DNA of 64,000 bases from Paraspadella gotoi (Eukaryota > Animalia > Chaetognatha): assembly GCA_051294375.1 (NCBI GenBank), contig JBJCIZ010000239.1, positions 28,405 through 92,404 of the forward strand, read 5' to 3'. The notes under the pieces are model-generated. The model searched no databases. It was not told the origin of the DNA and worked only from the letters and a program-made list of their open reading frames with translations. Position numbers and translations under genes: made by a program. This document shows, piece after piece, positions 26,629-39,005 of this stretch (positions are counted from its first letter, which is position 1; each line of letters begins with the position of its first letter).

Positions 26629-27273
26629 TTGATCTTGTTTTATGCACGAATACATTCTCTTTCTTTTCCTTCTTTGCTCCTTTATCTTCGACCGCATTAA
26701 TCATTACGNNNNNNNNNNNNNNNNNNNNNNNNNNNNNNNNNNNNNNNNNNNNNNNNNNNNNNNNNNNNNNNNNNNNNNNNNNNNNNNNNNNNNNNNNNNN
26801 NNNNNNNNNNNNNNNNNNNNNNNNGCCTCTCTCTCTCCCTCTCTTCTCTCTACAGAGGTCTCTTTTCGGTCTTCACCCTTTAGCCGTTTACCTCAGCTCG
26901 CCATTTTTACCATCACTCCTTGCCATTTTATCTACTCTCTCTCTCTCTCCTCTCTCGTCTCTCTCTCTCTTCTCTCTCTCTCTCTCTCTCGAGAGAGAGA
27001 GAGAGAGAGAGAGTGACCTCTGTAGAGTCTGTACTAAAGTGTCGAAAAAAGAAGTAAAACGACATAATAAAGTACATTAACGAGGGTACAAGTTTTATGA
27101 GAGGGAGACAAGTAAAATGTTTAAGGAAATAGTCTACTAATGATAGAATCAGAAGGAAAATTATAAAATTGGGTTGCGAAAAAAGTGGTAAGTTTTTAAA
27201 AAAAAATGGTAAACGGTTGAAAAAAGATGGGAGGCGTAACGTGATCTTCAAAAAACAATTTACAACAAAACCC

Positions 27274-27479
27274 GGGCGCTCTTTTCCGAGAGTGCCCAAT
27301 TTCTGTTCCTTTATCCAAGACTTTAATTTCAACCTTAATATTTGACCTAAATATGTGCTTAAACTATTTAATCACGAAACCTAATCCTTAACCCGAACCT
27401 CAAACTTAATCTTTAAAATTAAAATTAACTTAATTCTAAATTTAATCTAAAATGGGGCATTCTGGGGAAATAAGAACCC
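27274..27479. mobile_element. MITE of family T1 (~205 bp) with a decayed CCTAA-type interior
   Basis: Left end gggcgctcttttccgagagtgccc, right end ggggcattctggggaaataagaaccc (imperfect inverted repeats). Duplicate at ~40185-40403. Confidence 0.7.
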
Positions 27480-29599
27480 AAAAAGGCTCGTCTCTTCTAT
27501 TCACCCACGAGTTTTCAGAACGAGAGAATAAGATAAGAACAAGGGATAACAAATTCTTTCCTCATCGGGTGAATGACCTTTTTGCCAGCGACGGCCACAA
27601 GTACCGACATCAAGGCTCAAATCCTGGCAGAAATAACCAACGTCATTAACAGATACTTATTGAGGAGTCGAGAGCGAGAACTTGAAAGGAGCAGTGAGTG
27701 AGCTTTCAAGCTTTTCTTGGAATACCTTTCCTATAGGGGAGGCCGTTTAGTGAGCGAGGCCCAAAAAGCAGAATAAAAGCGACGGGAAAAGCGATGATTG
27801 AAAGTAAAGACTATAACAAATGACTATACTAAGTGCAATGACAAGTAGACACGACCAAAGGCAACGGAGTCATGTCCAAAAAAAAATCGCGCCACTTTAT
27901 TTCAGACTATCACCCTATATACTTGAATTTAAAAAAAAAAAAAAATTCAAAGTGAATTAAAGCTCATTGAAAGATAATAAGTTTGGCATAAATTTTATAA
28001 AAATTGGGCTATCCATTTAGGAGCACTGATTTGTTAAAATAAAGTACTCTACCGTAAAGCTGATATTCTAATATTTTCCTTTCCTTGATTAAAAATGAAG
28101 TAAATTACACAGGACATCTGGAAAGATAACTGGATAACTGAATTGCCCCAAATCCTTATATAATAATTTTAATGGAATTTAAATGAAATTTAAAGTTATA
28201 AAGTAGCGCGTTTTTTTTTTGCACAGGAGTGTACTTGATGGCAATGGCAACGAGCAATGACTGATAGCAAAGACCAGGAGCAATGATCAAGAGGAATGAC
28301 ATAACTGTTAGCAAAAGCAAAGTTATAGGTCTTTGCCAAAGAGCAACGACCTCTAACTCAAAAAAAAAAAGAGCAACAGTTTTGAGATTAAGATAAAGAG
28401 ATAAAAAGATTAAGAGCCCTCCGCTTGACATCGACGGCGACGACGACNNNNNNNNNNTTCAATCGCGGAGATGCCAAAGCCTTTGATGACGCCAAAAACT
28501 ACGTCAAAAACTACGCCAACGATGACGCCGACAACTACGCTCACAACTACGCCAACGATGTTATCAGCGACCACCATCAGCACACTTCTTTTGCTAACAT
28601 CGACAAAGATTATGTCAAAACAAAGACTGACAATCGACGAGAGGCTGACCGAGTTAATGTTTAGGAGAAATATGTCAATGTTATTATGGTTAGTTTATAC
28701 ACTTATATTATGTTATGTTATATTATGTTAACAAGTCGTCATTGAACACACTAAAATTTCCGATCCAATACTTAAGGGACTGGTCCTTTATAAAATCGAA
28801 CATTCTATTAGAAATATTATACCACTTCATTTGATCCGGACAGCCAAGTAGCTCTACGGTGTAAATAAACGAGAGTGTGAGAGAGTCTTGATTAAAAAGC
28901 TTGCAGGGACCCGCTATGTCATTTATCTTGTAAGACGTGCATGGACAGCCTTAAACCGCCAAGCCGGTAAAAGTCCGGGTCGAAATAGCTCTTTATTAAA
29001 CGAATGGACAATTTTTATATTGGTAATCACATTCATGGCATAACTTTGTCATAAATGGAACAATAACGACGAAACGAAAAAAGACGCACGATCCGGAGTG
29101 ACTACGTACGATATCCCGGCCGCCTGAGATCACGCCACGAAAAATTCGATCAAACTCGAAAATCGCTTTACTCCTTCAATCGCAACAGATTCCTCTGACA
29201 ATCGACCTTTTCCTCTTTTCTTTCTCTCCGCCGCCATATCTAACCAACAAGTCGCTTTCCCTACCTTTCACTAACCACCTCGCGCTAGTCCCTTTTTTGC
29301 CCTATCCAAAACGACACCCAACTTTTTTCTATCCGCTCGATTTACCCTGAAACTTTATCCAAGTATTCATGGATACTATCCATCCTTCAATGAACCAATC
29401 ATTGACCATCTTATCGTATCCGCCATTCTAATAACCCGCTCTTCCACCCTAACCTCTCCTCCTTCCTAATCGCTATTCTAAACCTCCCCTACCCCCACTT
29501 TCCCTAACCAACCCCTAACCTCCGAACCTTGTGGGCGTTCCCAATCTCCCGCCTTTAATCCCTGAAGGTTTTTTTCGTCTTCCGCTATTCCTTCGTTCC

Positions 29600-29852
29600 G
29601 AGACGACCGATCCAACCAACCAACCAACGCGACCGACCAAACCAACCAATCCGACCCGACCGACCGACCGACCGACCGACCGAACCGACCGACTGAACCG
29701 ACCGACCGACCCGACCGACCGACCGACCGACCGACCGACCGACCGACCGATCCGACCGACGACCGACAGACGCGACCGACCGACGACCGACCGACCGACC
29801 GAACCGACCGACCAGACCGACCAGACGACCGACACGACCGACCGACCGCCGA
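29600..29852. repeat. (CCGA)n microsatellite tract
   Basis: Direct reading. Duplicate at 43560-43712. Confidence 0.92.
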
Positions 29853-29853
29853 C

Positions 29854-30314
29854 TTGGCCTAATCCCTAATGCCTTGCCAATTTCCTAACCCTAATCCTTG
29901 TCAATTCCCTAACTCTAAATCCTTGCCTAAATTTCCTAATCCTTGGCCTAATTCCCTAACCTAATCTTTGGCCAATTCCCCTAACTCTAATCCTTGGCCT
30001 AATCCCAATCATTAGCCTAATCCCTAACCCTAAAATTCCTTGGCCTAATCCCTAACCCTAAATCCATGGGCCTAAATCCCTAACCCTTATCTTCGGCCTC
30101 AATCCCATGAACCCTACCTCCTTGGCCATTACCCTCACCACTAATCCTTGGCTAATTCCCTACTCTAATCCTCGGCCTAATCCCTAACCTAATCCTTGGC
30201 CTGAATTCCTAACCCTTGGGCTAATCCTAACCCTAATCCCTTGCCCTAACTCCTAACCTAATCCATGGCCTAATCGCCTAACCCTAATCATGGCCTAATC
30301 CCTAACCCTAACCT
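29854..30314. repeat. 25-bp telomere-like minisatellite (TTGGCCTAATCCCTAACCCTAATCC)n
   Basis: Noisy here. Cleanest units are at 44048-44185, with a degraded copy at ~53100-53860. Confidence 0.9.
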
Positions 30315-30764
30315 CTTTTAATTTAAACGAATTAGACGAGAAAAAACATTTTCGCCGGAATCTTTGCGACTTTTTTTTTCAACAGAGAATCACAAAATTG
30401 GTGACAGCGAATATCTCGGATTCAAAAAAAAAAAATCATTTAAAGATTAAAAGACGTTTGCAAATAGAAATTTAATTTTTTTTTAATCATCAAGCGGCAT
30501 GACGGTAAATTAATATTAACACCATTGGTTACGGTTCACGATTTTCGTCAAGTTTTTTTTTTCTCATCGCTCCGATTCATCGCCATATATTTCTGTCACC
30601 TCACAATGCCACCATTGTATAATGTCCATTATGTCTCTTCGGATGATTACAGAGCAAGACGAATTCAACTTTCAAAAAGTTTTGTCCCCACTCTCTTTAA
30701 TTAAAGAAATTGTGTACTATCACGCTTCAAAGAATACGTCCATTCTTAAAATCCGTTTTATTTT

Positions 30765-31285
30765 ATCCGTCCATCCATCCGTCCATCCATCCATCCATCC
30801 TTTCATCCAGTCCATCCATCCATCCACTCCTCAATTTAATCACACACCGTTTTTTCACCTTTTTATCACTGCCACTTCTCACCTTTTAATCACCGCCACT
30901 CCTAACTTTATACATCGCAATTTTCTCAACTGACACCCTCACATTAATCACCAGACTTTTCTCACTTCCAATTCCACTTCTATCACCATCACTTCTCCCA
31001 TCTCTATCATTACTTCGATTCAAAACTTTTTATCACTATCATTTCTCCGCATCTCTATCACCGCAATCACTTTATCAACTATCACTTCCCCCAATCTCTC
31101 TCACCTCCCTCCTCACATCTCTCAGCTGTAACCTTCCCCCATTCTCTCACCTTCCTCTCTCCTTCGCTTCTATCACTATCACTTCCTCTCTCCTTCGCTT
31201 CTATCACTATCACTTCCTCACCGTCCTTAAGCTTCTATCACTATCACTTCTCTCTCACTTCGCTCTATCACTATCACTTCCCCCC
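30765..31285. repeat. (CCAT)n followed by a ~31-bp pyrimidine-rich minisatellite (ctatcactatcacttcctctctccttcgctt)
   Basis: Direct reading. Duplicate at 44615-45122. Confidence 0.9.
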
Positions 31286-31592
31286 TATACGGCCATTCTC
31301 CTTCGTCGTCCCACAACGAGGACGGTCGATTCTTCTTCATTCCTTCTGGCGCAAAACGACGTCGACGACGCCGCCGCAGCGGCCGCCGCGGCAGCCGCGA
31401 CCACGCCGTCACCGCGTCCACAGCCCTTGTCGGCCGCAGCGCCGCGGGGGTCCGGCGCCGCCCGCTGGAAACTTCGGGCGTCGAAATTCGGCGCCGGCGC
31501 GATCGGCGACGATGAGACGAACGACGACGACCGAAACGACGACGCTGAGAGCGTCATGGCCGGGGAACAATGACGAGGAGGGCCGTTCGAGG
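31285..31592 (-). CDS. MFS (spinster-like) transporter, last exon with the final TM helix, copy A1 (frameshifted)
   Basis: cccatcAG acceptor. The consensus of copies A1 and A2 reads (S)LRTALLVLFPGMYVLSVVVFVVVVVFIVADRAGAEFRR, which resembles the terminal helix (LRxALxILYPGxY) I recall from invertebrate spinster-like MFS proteins. Stop position is approximate. Confidence 0.6.
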
Positions 31593-31611
31593 CTGATGGG
31601 GGGGGAGGGTG

Positions 31612-31679
31612 GGAGATGAGAGACTACGTGAAATGGAGATGGAACTTGGAGAGAGAGACGAGAGAGAGAGAGAGAGAGT

Positions 31680-31739
<60 letters not shown>

Positions 31740-31786
31740 GAAAAGAATGGAATGACATCAAAAACTCTAGTGAATGAAGATAGAAT

Positions 31787-31828
<42 letters not shown>

Positions 31829-31908
31829 GAAGAGAGAAGAGAGAGAGGAGAGAGAGAGAATGATCGAAATAGGAAACAACATCAAAAATCTAGTGATGAG
31901 ATAGATTG

Positions 31909-31939
<31 letters not shown>

Positions 31940-32185
31940 TAGAGACGAGAATGAAACGAATGGATACTACATAATCTAGTGAATGAAGATAGACATTGGA
32001 AGACGAGAGAGACGAGAGAGAGAGAGGATAGAGAAGAGAATGAAACGAATGGAACGACATCAAATCTTAGTGAATGAAGATAGAATTGGAGAGAGAGACG
32101 AGAGAGAGAGAGAGAGATAGAGAGAGAGAGAGAATGAACGAATGGACAAGACATCAAATCTGTGAATGGGAGATAGAATTGGAAG

Positions 32186-32229
<44 letters not shown>

Positions 32230-32292
32230 AATGAACAAATGGACACGACATCAAACTCTAGTGAATGGAGATAGAATTGGAGGAGAAAGAGA

Positions 32293-32342
<50 letters not shown>

Positions 32343-32422
32343 ATGAACAAATAGGAACGACATCAAATCTAGTAGAATGGAGATAGAATTGGAAGAGAAA
32401 GAGAGAAAGAGAGAGAGAGAGA

Positions 32423-32459
<37 letters not shown>

Positions 32460-32478
32460 GAGAGAATGGAACGACATA
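31612..32478. repeat. Composite intronic satellite: ~48-bp core alternating with (AG)n, ~9 units
   Basis: Core aatgaacgaatggaacgacatcaaatctagtgaatggagatagaattgg. Confidence 0.92.
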
Positions 32479-33218
32479 AAAAAAATAAAAATCCCCAAAT
32501 TTTCCTCTCCGCGAAAAATCATTACGGTTCCACTCGACGACAGGTTGACATTTTTTAAAAAAACGATGAAAAACGAATTAATGAAGAGAACGGAACAATC
32601 AAGAAAATTCAGAAAAAAAAAAAAAAAAACAGAGACCCACAAACACGAAAACGGCGTCGAGAGATAAAAAAACTGAATTTTCGTCGACGCTCGAACAAAA
32701 AAAAATGGCGTCGATAGATTTTTTTTTTAAAACTTTTAAAATTTTTTTTGTAACAAAATCGAGTGACTTTTGTTTAATTTGTCTTTCTTTCGAATCTTAC
32801 CTCGACGATTAGTCGGTGGTGAATAAACTCACGACTTTGTTGAAACGTGATAATTAATGGATGTGGAAGAGTTGAGATAAGGAGAGCTCTTCTCTGGCGC
32901 GAGACATTGTCTCTCAGGGTTATCAACAGAACATTGATTAAAAACAAAAAATATTAGATGAAAGTCCAACAATGACATTGAGAGAAAAGTGGCAAAAAAT
33001 GTTTGTTAGGAAAGACTGAAATAAAAAGAGAGAGAGAGAGAAGGAGGAGAGTAGAGAGGAGAGAGGAGAGAGAGAGAGAGAGAGACGAGAGGGAGAGAAG
33101 AGAGGAGAGAGAGAGAGAGAGAGAGGAGAGAGAGTCATTGACGTTCACCCAACGCAATCAGTTTGACGAGAACAACTGGAAGCCTTCATTAACATGCTCA
33201 CTCTCTCTCTCTTCTCTC

Positions 33219-33251
<33 letters not shown>

Positions 33252-33253
33252 TT

Positions 33254-33291
<38 letters not shown>

Positions 33292-33548
33292 GTCAAGCCC
33301 GAGTCTTCTCCTCTCCATCGACCAAAGGCTATAAAAAACGTCGAACGACGGTCCACGACTGATTAAAATATTACAATATTCAAATCGATTTTTCTCTCTC
33401 ATCTCTCTCTCTCTGGTCTCTCTCTCTCTCTTCTTCTCTCTCTCTCTCTCTCTCTCCCTCCCCTCTCTCGTCGTTAGCTCAGCCTGGTCGCTTCTCCGGC
33501 TCGGGTCCGGCGCTCGTCTCTTCTCTCTCTCTCTCTCCTCGTATTCAC

Positions 33549-33620
33549 CTCATGTAGGCGGGTCATTTTTGAAATTTAGCGGCGAAGATCGACGCCAGAA
33601 CACCTCAGCTCATTTGCCAC
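33549..33620 (-). CDS. MFS transporter, penultimate exon, copy A1
   Basis: ctttttccgtccAG acceptor and AG|GTGAAT donor. The two-copy consensus is approximately GGNMELxVPFLxSIFAAKF, and phases join to both neighbouring exons. Confidence 0.55.
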
Positions 33621-34097
33621 CTGGACGGAAAAAGAAGCGTTGGGGGGGGTGGTAGAATTTCCGTAATTTAAAAAAAAAAATGAACTAAGATTTCTAGGGA
33701 TTAAAAACTCCATAATTTAGTGAATTAACGATTAAACGAAATAAGAACTAAATCATGTCCGACTGATTAATCGACAATCAATCAATCACTCATACGAAAA
33801 AAAAAATCAATAATCAATTAACCAAATCTTATATAATCCAATAATAAAAATAACGATTCGAATTAAATGCAATTAAACAATCGACACAATCAAACATTCT
33901 ATAATCAACAGTCATCTATCGATAAATCGTAATTCGCAACAACACATTGGGTCTCGAAACATCAGAGAGCTCGATTACCATTTTTGGTAATTTCTTCCGA
34001 GCCTCTGATTTCCGGTTCCATCTCTGTATCTCCTGTAATGAAAAACAACAAAAACAACAACAACAACAACAAAAACAACACAACAACCAACGCGAAC

Positions 34098-34203
34098 CCA
34101 AGTTGTCGATGACGAAGAGTAGAAACCGATCTGCGGTCGCTCGAACCTTCGAAGGAAAGATTTCAACGACGATGGCCAAAACAGATTCCGATCCACATTT
34201 CAC
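34098..34203 (-). CDS. MFS transporter exon (late TM region), copy A1
   Basis: ttttatttgtttAG acceptor and GTTCGC donor. The two-copy consensus GEMWIGICLAIVVEIFPSKVRATAVGFYLFVIDNL(G) contains the MFS ExxPxxxR(A)TA motif. Confidence 0.72.
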
Positions 34204-34564
34204 CTAAACAAATAAAACAGTTTGTTTGTTTGTTTTGTTTTTGTTTGTTTTTTTTTATTAGCTAAAGTTAAATGTTATCTTTTTTTTTTTATTACATCTT
34301 TATTTTTCAGGGAAAAAAATTTTTTTTCGCCAACTTTGTCGAAAAATTGTGACTTTCGATCACTACACTACTAGTAGGAAAAGATTACTTTTAAGTCTTA
34401 ACGTTAACAAAGTAGAGCTTGTGGCCTCCGGTTCTATCCCTGGTCAGAATCATCCTCGCGAAAGAGTGAGGGGCCGTAAACCATGAAGCCGACCGTCAGA
34501 TCTGTTGACGAGCATTGCGATACCTCTTTTCTCGCTGCAACTGCGATGCTTTAAGTTTCGGCTT

Positions 34565-34770
34565 TCTCGTGGATAAGGCGCTAAGCGGGCTGAAGACTAC
34601 TATACGTAACTTCTGTGCCCCCCTCAGCAGCCATGGAACGTGTCCTGGGCTTGGAACAGTTTTGAAGGTTTTCCACGCCCCCCAAGGCGGTTTACGACCG
34701 TCCTCACGCTTCCCGCGGGTAGTACCGGGTAGGTATGAGCTGATGGCTTTACGCAATGAGCCACGGTGAG
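34565..34770 (-). mobile_element. SINE-like element S1, second locus (duplicate at ~50640-50790)
   Basis: Reverse complement is homologous to 8136-8297. A-box-like gtggctcattgcgtaaagc at the 5' end. Confidence 0.65.
34616..34700 (-). ncRNA. Twister-ribozyme-like motif in S1
   Basis: Minus strand: ggtcg TAA acc GC c ttgggggg..ccttcaa aa ctg TTCCAAGCC cag ... gct GAGGG gggc. Confidence 0.4.
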
Positions 34771-34973
34771 CAACTTGCTACCTAATCTTTAAATAAAAAG
34801 ATTTGATTTCAATTCACGATGGAATGGGGGCGTTCTGCGAAAACAAGGCCAATGTTTCATTAGTAAAAAAACAAGGAACGGTTATTCCAAGGTGTTGCGC
34901 CGAATTACTTTTCTTTTACTTATCATGTCATTTGTTCCTTAAAGGTTTNNNNNNNNNNNNNNNNNNNNNNNNN

Positions 34974-36305
34974 CGACGAGAGCTGACGAGGTTAATGTTT
35001 AGGAGAAATATGTTATGTTATTATGTTATTATGATATGAAATTGGTACAACCAATATAAAAATTATCCATTCATTTAATAAACAAGCTATCTTGCCCCTG
35101 ACTTTGGACAGGCTTTGGTGGTTTAAGGCCTCCATCACTCTTACAAGATAATGACATAGCAGGTCATATACTTTCATATGTTATATTATGTTATGTTATA
35201 TTATGTTAACAGCGTCATTGNNNNNNNNNNNNNNNNNNNNNNNNNNNNNNNNNNNNNNNNNNNNNNNNNNNNNNNNNNNNNNNNNNNNNNNNNNNNNNNN
35301 NNNNNNNNNNNNNNNNNNNNNNNNNNNNNNNNNNNNNNNNNNNNNNNNNNNNNNNNNNNNNNNNNNNNNNNNNNNNNNNNNNNNNNNNNNNNNNNNNNNN
35401 NNNNNNNNNNNNNNNNNNNNNNNNNNNNNNNNNNNNNNNNNNNNNNNNNNNNNNNNNNNNNNNNNNNNNNNNNNNNNNNNNNNNNNNNNNNNNNNNNNNN
35501 NNNNNNNNTAAGAGTGATGGAGGCCTTAAACCACCAAAGCCGGTCAAAAGTCAGGGTCGAAATAGCTCATTTATTAAACGAATGGACAATTTTTATATTG
35601 GTATCAACAATTTCATGGCATAGCATTGTCATAATGGAAAATAACGACGACGAGAAAGAGACGATCCGGATGACTACGACGATAGCCCGGCAGCCTGAGA
35701 TCGACGCAAAAAATTCCGATCACTCGAAGATTCGCTTTACTCCTTCAATCGCCAAAGTTTCTCTGAAATCGACTTTTCTCTTCTCTTTCTCTCCAGCCGC
35801 CGTCTCTAACCAACACGTCGCTTCCATACCTTTCACTAACCACCTCGCGCTATCCTTTTTTGCCCTATCCAACGAACCCAACTTTTTTCTATCCGCTCGA
35901 TTTACCCTGACTTATCCAAGTATTCAATGGATACTATCCATTAAGGCGGGCCAAAATTGAACACTTTTTATAACTTTTAATTCTCTCAAAAAAATTCCTT
36001 TTTTCCTTCTATTACTAAATCGATTTTCAATGCAACTTTTTGAATTAGTTCATTGGGTTGTTGCACTGAAGCTTTTAAATATTTATTAATATATAATAAA
36101 TGACAAAAATTTTTTTTTAAAAAATTAGTTTTTAAGAACGGATTCCTATAGAGCTCGAAAAGTTAAATGAAAGTTAGTACTATAATTTTTAAAAATTTTG
36201 ACAAGAAATTGGTTAAAAACAGAAAAAACGTTAAAAAATCATCATCATCATTGGCTAAATTTTGTAGTTTTTTAAAATTTTTATCAATAAAACAAAAAAA
36301 TTTTG
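34974..36305. repeat. Additional, apparently cleaner partial copy of the duplicated block, with two R1 fragments and the left part of the hAT MITE from 35942
   Basis: Colinear with 41858-43100. Confidence 0.9.
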
Positions 36306-38255
36306 TCGTTTACGCACTTACGCTCTTGAAAAAAAAATCCATTTTTTGTACTTTAGGGAAGAGAAATTTTAACGATGGAGTAATGGCTTCATAGGGCGCT
36401 CTGGGCAAACATAAAGGGTCGGGTAAAACTGAGCCTGTCTATTGCACGCAGGGCTGGGTTATTATGAAGTCCATCGTTCTGTTCAGTGAGGCTGATAATA
36501 GAATAAAGCTGACACACAAAGTATTTTTGGAATCTTAGAATTGATGTACTACCTGCGGTCAATGATACAAAGACTCTTGGAAGCAAAGCCTTTACGTTTA
36601 AAAAGCTCTAAGATCATTTTAGTAGGGAGGAGGGGAATAAGCCGTTTATAGAGGCTAAGCTAAAGGAGAACAATTATAGTTAGTAGAGATGATCGACAGA
36701 TTTTATTGAGATAAGTTTTGCAGTTCTAGAAGAGTGCTCGCATTTAGTTTAATTGATTAAATATGTTGTAACTGTACATGTGGTAGAGAGCTACTTTTCA
36801 GCAAAAATATTATTCTGATGTTGTTAAAGATAAATTCTTTATTTTGGAGTTGGAGGTCTAATTGTCCAGACCAGTGTTAATCTGATTCTTGTGTATCAAA
36901 AACATTTTTTAAATTACATTAATATATTTTATTAATCGCTAGTCTATCAGAATTACGATTCTCTTTTGTCAACTTATCTATCCAAACTTCCTTAGGCTTT
37001 CACAGTGGGGACTGAGCCTGATTTCCCGCGCCTTTTAATTTGCGCTTTTACGAATCTATTGAGCGGCCCATATTTCAGTCCAAGAAGATCGCTTTCTATC
37101 TCCGAAGACGTGTAACGGCTCTTTCATATCACACAACGTGCAACGGTGGCGGGCTGGCTGGAGACAATTTTTCATTGCCTTTGTAAGTCGAATTATATCC
37201 GTTGTTGGATTCAGAAAAGACAAAAGGAAAGAACCTTTGGTCGGTCTGAACCGTGACATGAGACAAAATTTACGTGGTTGTTTAATTTTTCTAATATTTT
37301 GTTACATATTTAAAATTTAAAACTTGCTAATCTACTTCTCTATAGCGTCTGAGACTATTATATGTTAACAAATTAATCGAGGTGAATAGGTTTTAAAAAA
37401 TACGACATAATACGTAAAAAAAGTCAAGATGTGCTAACAGTATATCAGTTAATTATTCTAACTAATTATCGTACAGAGATTAGCTATTTTTTTAATTTGA
37501 ATGTTTGTAATGCTCTTTCCCGCTTATATTTTTTTGTCTCTACAGTAAAAGCCTCTAACTATTACACGTTTTCATCTCTCTCTCGGTCAGTCTCAGGTCC
37601 GTCATCTTCTCTGCTCTGCTCTCTCTACTCGTATCTCTCTCGTCTATGCATCTCTCTTCTCTCCTCTCTCCTCTCTCTCTTTCTTATACCGATAACCTGC
37701 TCTATGCTTTTTTGTCCCCACATCTCATTTGGCGCGGCGATCGTTTTCCGAGGATGACACGGTCCGTGGGTTCTGTCGCATTAGCGTACTCCGGCGCCCG
37801 TGTGAACTTATTTTCGGAGCGTTGATTGCGCCGGTAGTGGAAGTAGAGTAAGTATCGTCTAGCCTTTCGCATTTATTTCTAAAGATTATGTATGAGAATT
37901 GTTTTAAAAAGTTTAAAAGTTTTAATATCTTATAAAGTTTATATTAATTTATTGTAATCTAATCCGATTATCAAAAGACCAAGTCTTTCTAAACTGATTG
38001 GTTCAAATTTAAAATGTTTGAAATTTGTACACTTATTTTATATTTTTTTGTTCCCTCAATTTATATGTTTAGTATGCAATGAAATGGATGTCTGGACATC
38101 TCTTAATTAAGACTAAGTATTCAGTTTTAGGAATATATCTAGTTCAGAAATTAGCACAACGATATAAGAATTATTCATTCATTCAATAAGATAAGCTATC
38201 TGTGCGCCTTGACTTTGGACTATGGGAGTAAAGGGGCATCTATTGTAAATAATGA

Positions 38256-39005
38256 ATGAAATTGTACAGACCAATATAAAGAAGAATTATCCATGATCTC
38301 ATTTAATAAATAAGGTATACTTGCTCCTGACTTTGGCAGGCTTGGATTGGTTTAATGGCCTCCATTAACATCTTCACAAGAATAATTAAATAGCAGAGTC
38401 CCTGGCAAGCTTTCAGAATCAAGACTCTTTCACAGTCCTGTTTATTCAGTCGCAGAGTACCTGGCTTCCCTGAATCAAAATGAAGTGGAAAATATTTCAT
38501 AGCAATGTTGTCAATTGTGTCATGAAGACACTCTTAAGTATTAGAATTGGGGATTACTTATTGATACTCCCACATAGCATCAAAATAAAGGAGCTGAATT
38601 TTCATGAAAATTGGGTACAACCAATATAATAATTATCGCATTCATTTAATAAATAGCTAATCTTTGCCTCTGATATTTGGAGAACAAGGGCTTTGGCTGG
38701 TTTAAGGACGTCATTCAATCTAAAGATAATTACGATAAAGACAGATCTCCTTGCAAATAGCTTTCAATCAAGACTACTCTACAGTACTCTTTTATTCACT
38801 CCAGCCAGAGGTACCTGGGCTATCCTATCAATGAAGTGAATAATTTCAAAGAAGATGTTTAATTGTATGAAAAAGACACTCCTTATAAATATTATATCGG
38901 GAATACTTCATTGTACTACCGAACTGCATCAAAATACAAGGAGCTGGAGAATATTTATGAAATTGGCCCACACCATATAAAAATTATCCATATTATTATC
39001 AATAA
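38256..39005. repeat. Head-to-tail array of ~350-bp R1 units (2 full plus 1 partial)
   Basis: Unit starts atgaaattg(g)tacaacc-like at 38256, 38604 and 38957. Confidence 0.85.

Larger units (their letters stand above)
24410..34790. repeat. Duplicated block, copy A1 (lacks four insertions)
   Basis: Colinear with 36325-50791. Anchors: 24460/36393, 25310/37345, 26340/39258, 27880/40795, 30330/44200, 32510/46970, 34200/50317. Confidence 0.95.

Noticed and set aside
28156-28431. Hydrophobic 91-aa minus-strand ORF, repeated at 41085-41318
   Set aside because: The recurrence is due to the block duplication, and no recognisable family or splice support was found.
28470-28565. Codon-like 12/36-bp repeat translating as DDAKNYVKNYANDDADNYAHNYAND
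   Set aside because: It is short, has no convincing splice sites, and resembles the many triplet-based repeats in this window.
29854-30314. True telomere or chromosome-fusion site
   Set aside because: It is a 25-bp composite unit rather than pure (CCCTAA)n, is internal, and shows no head-to-head inversion.
31612-32478. CRISPR-like repeat/spacer appearance
   Set aside because: The spacers are only (AG)n, the repeats are not palindromic, there are no cas genes, and the context is a eukaryotic intron.
33916-34035. Possible extra exon after a cattacAG acceptor on the minus strand
   Set aside because: The MFS-like peptide continues directly from 34098 to the 33620 exon, so this segment is better explained as intron. 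An alternative terminal exon cannot be excluded.
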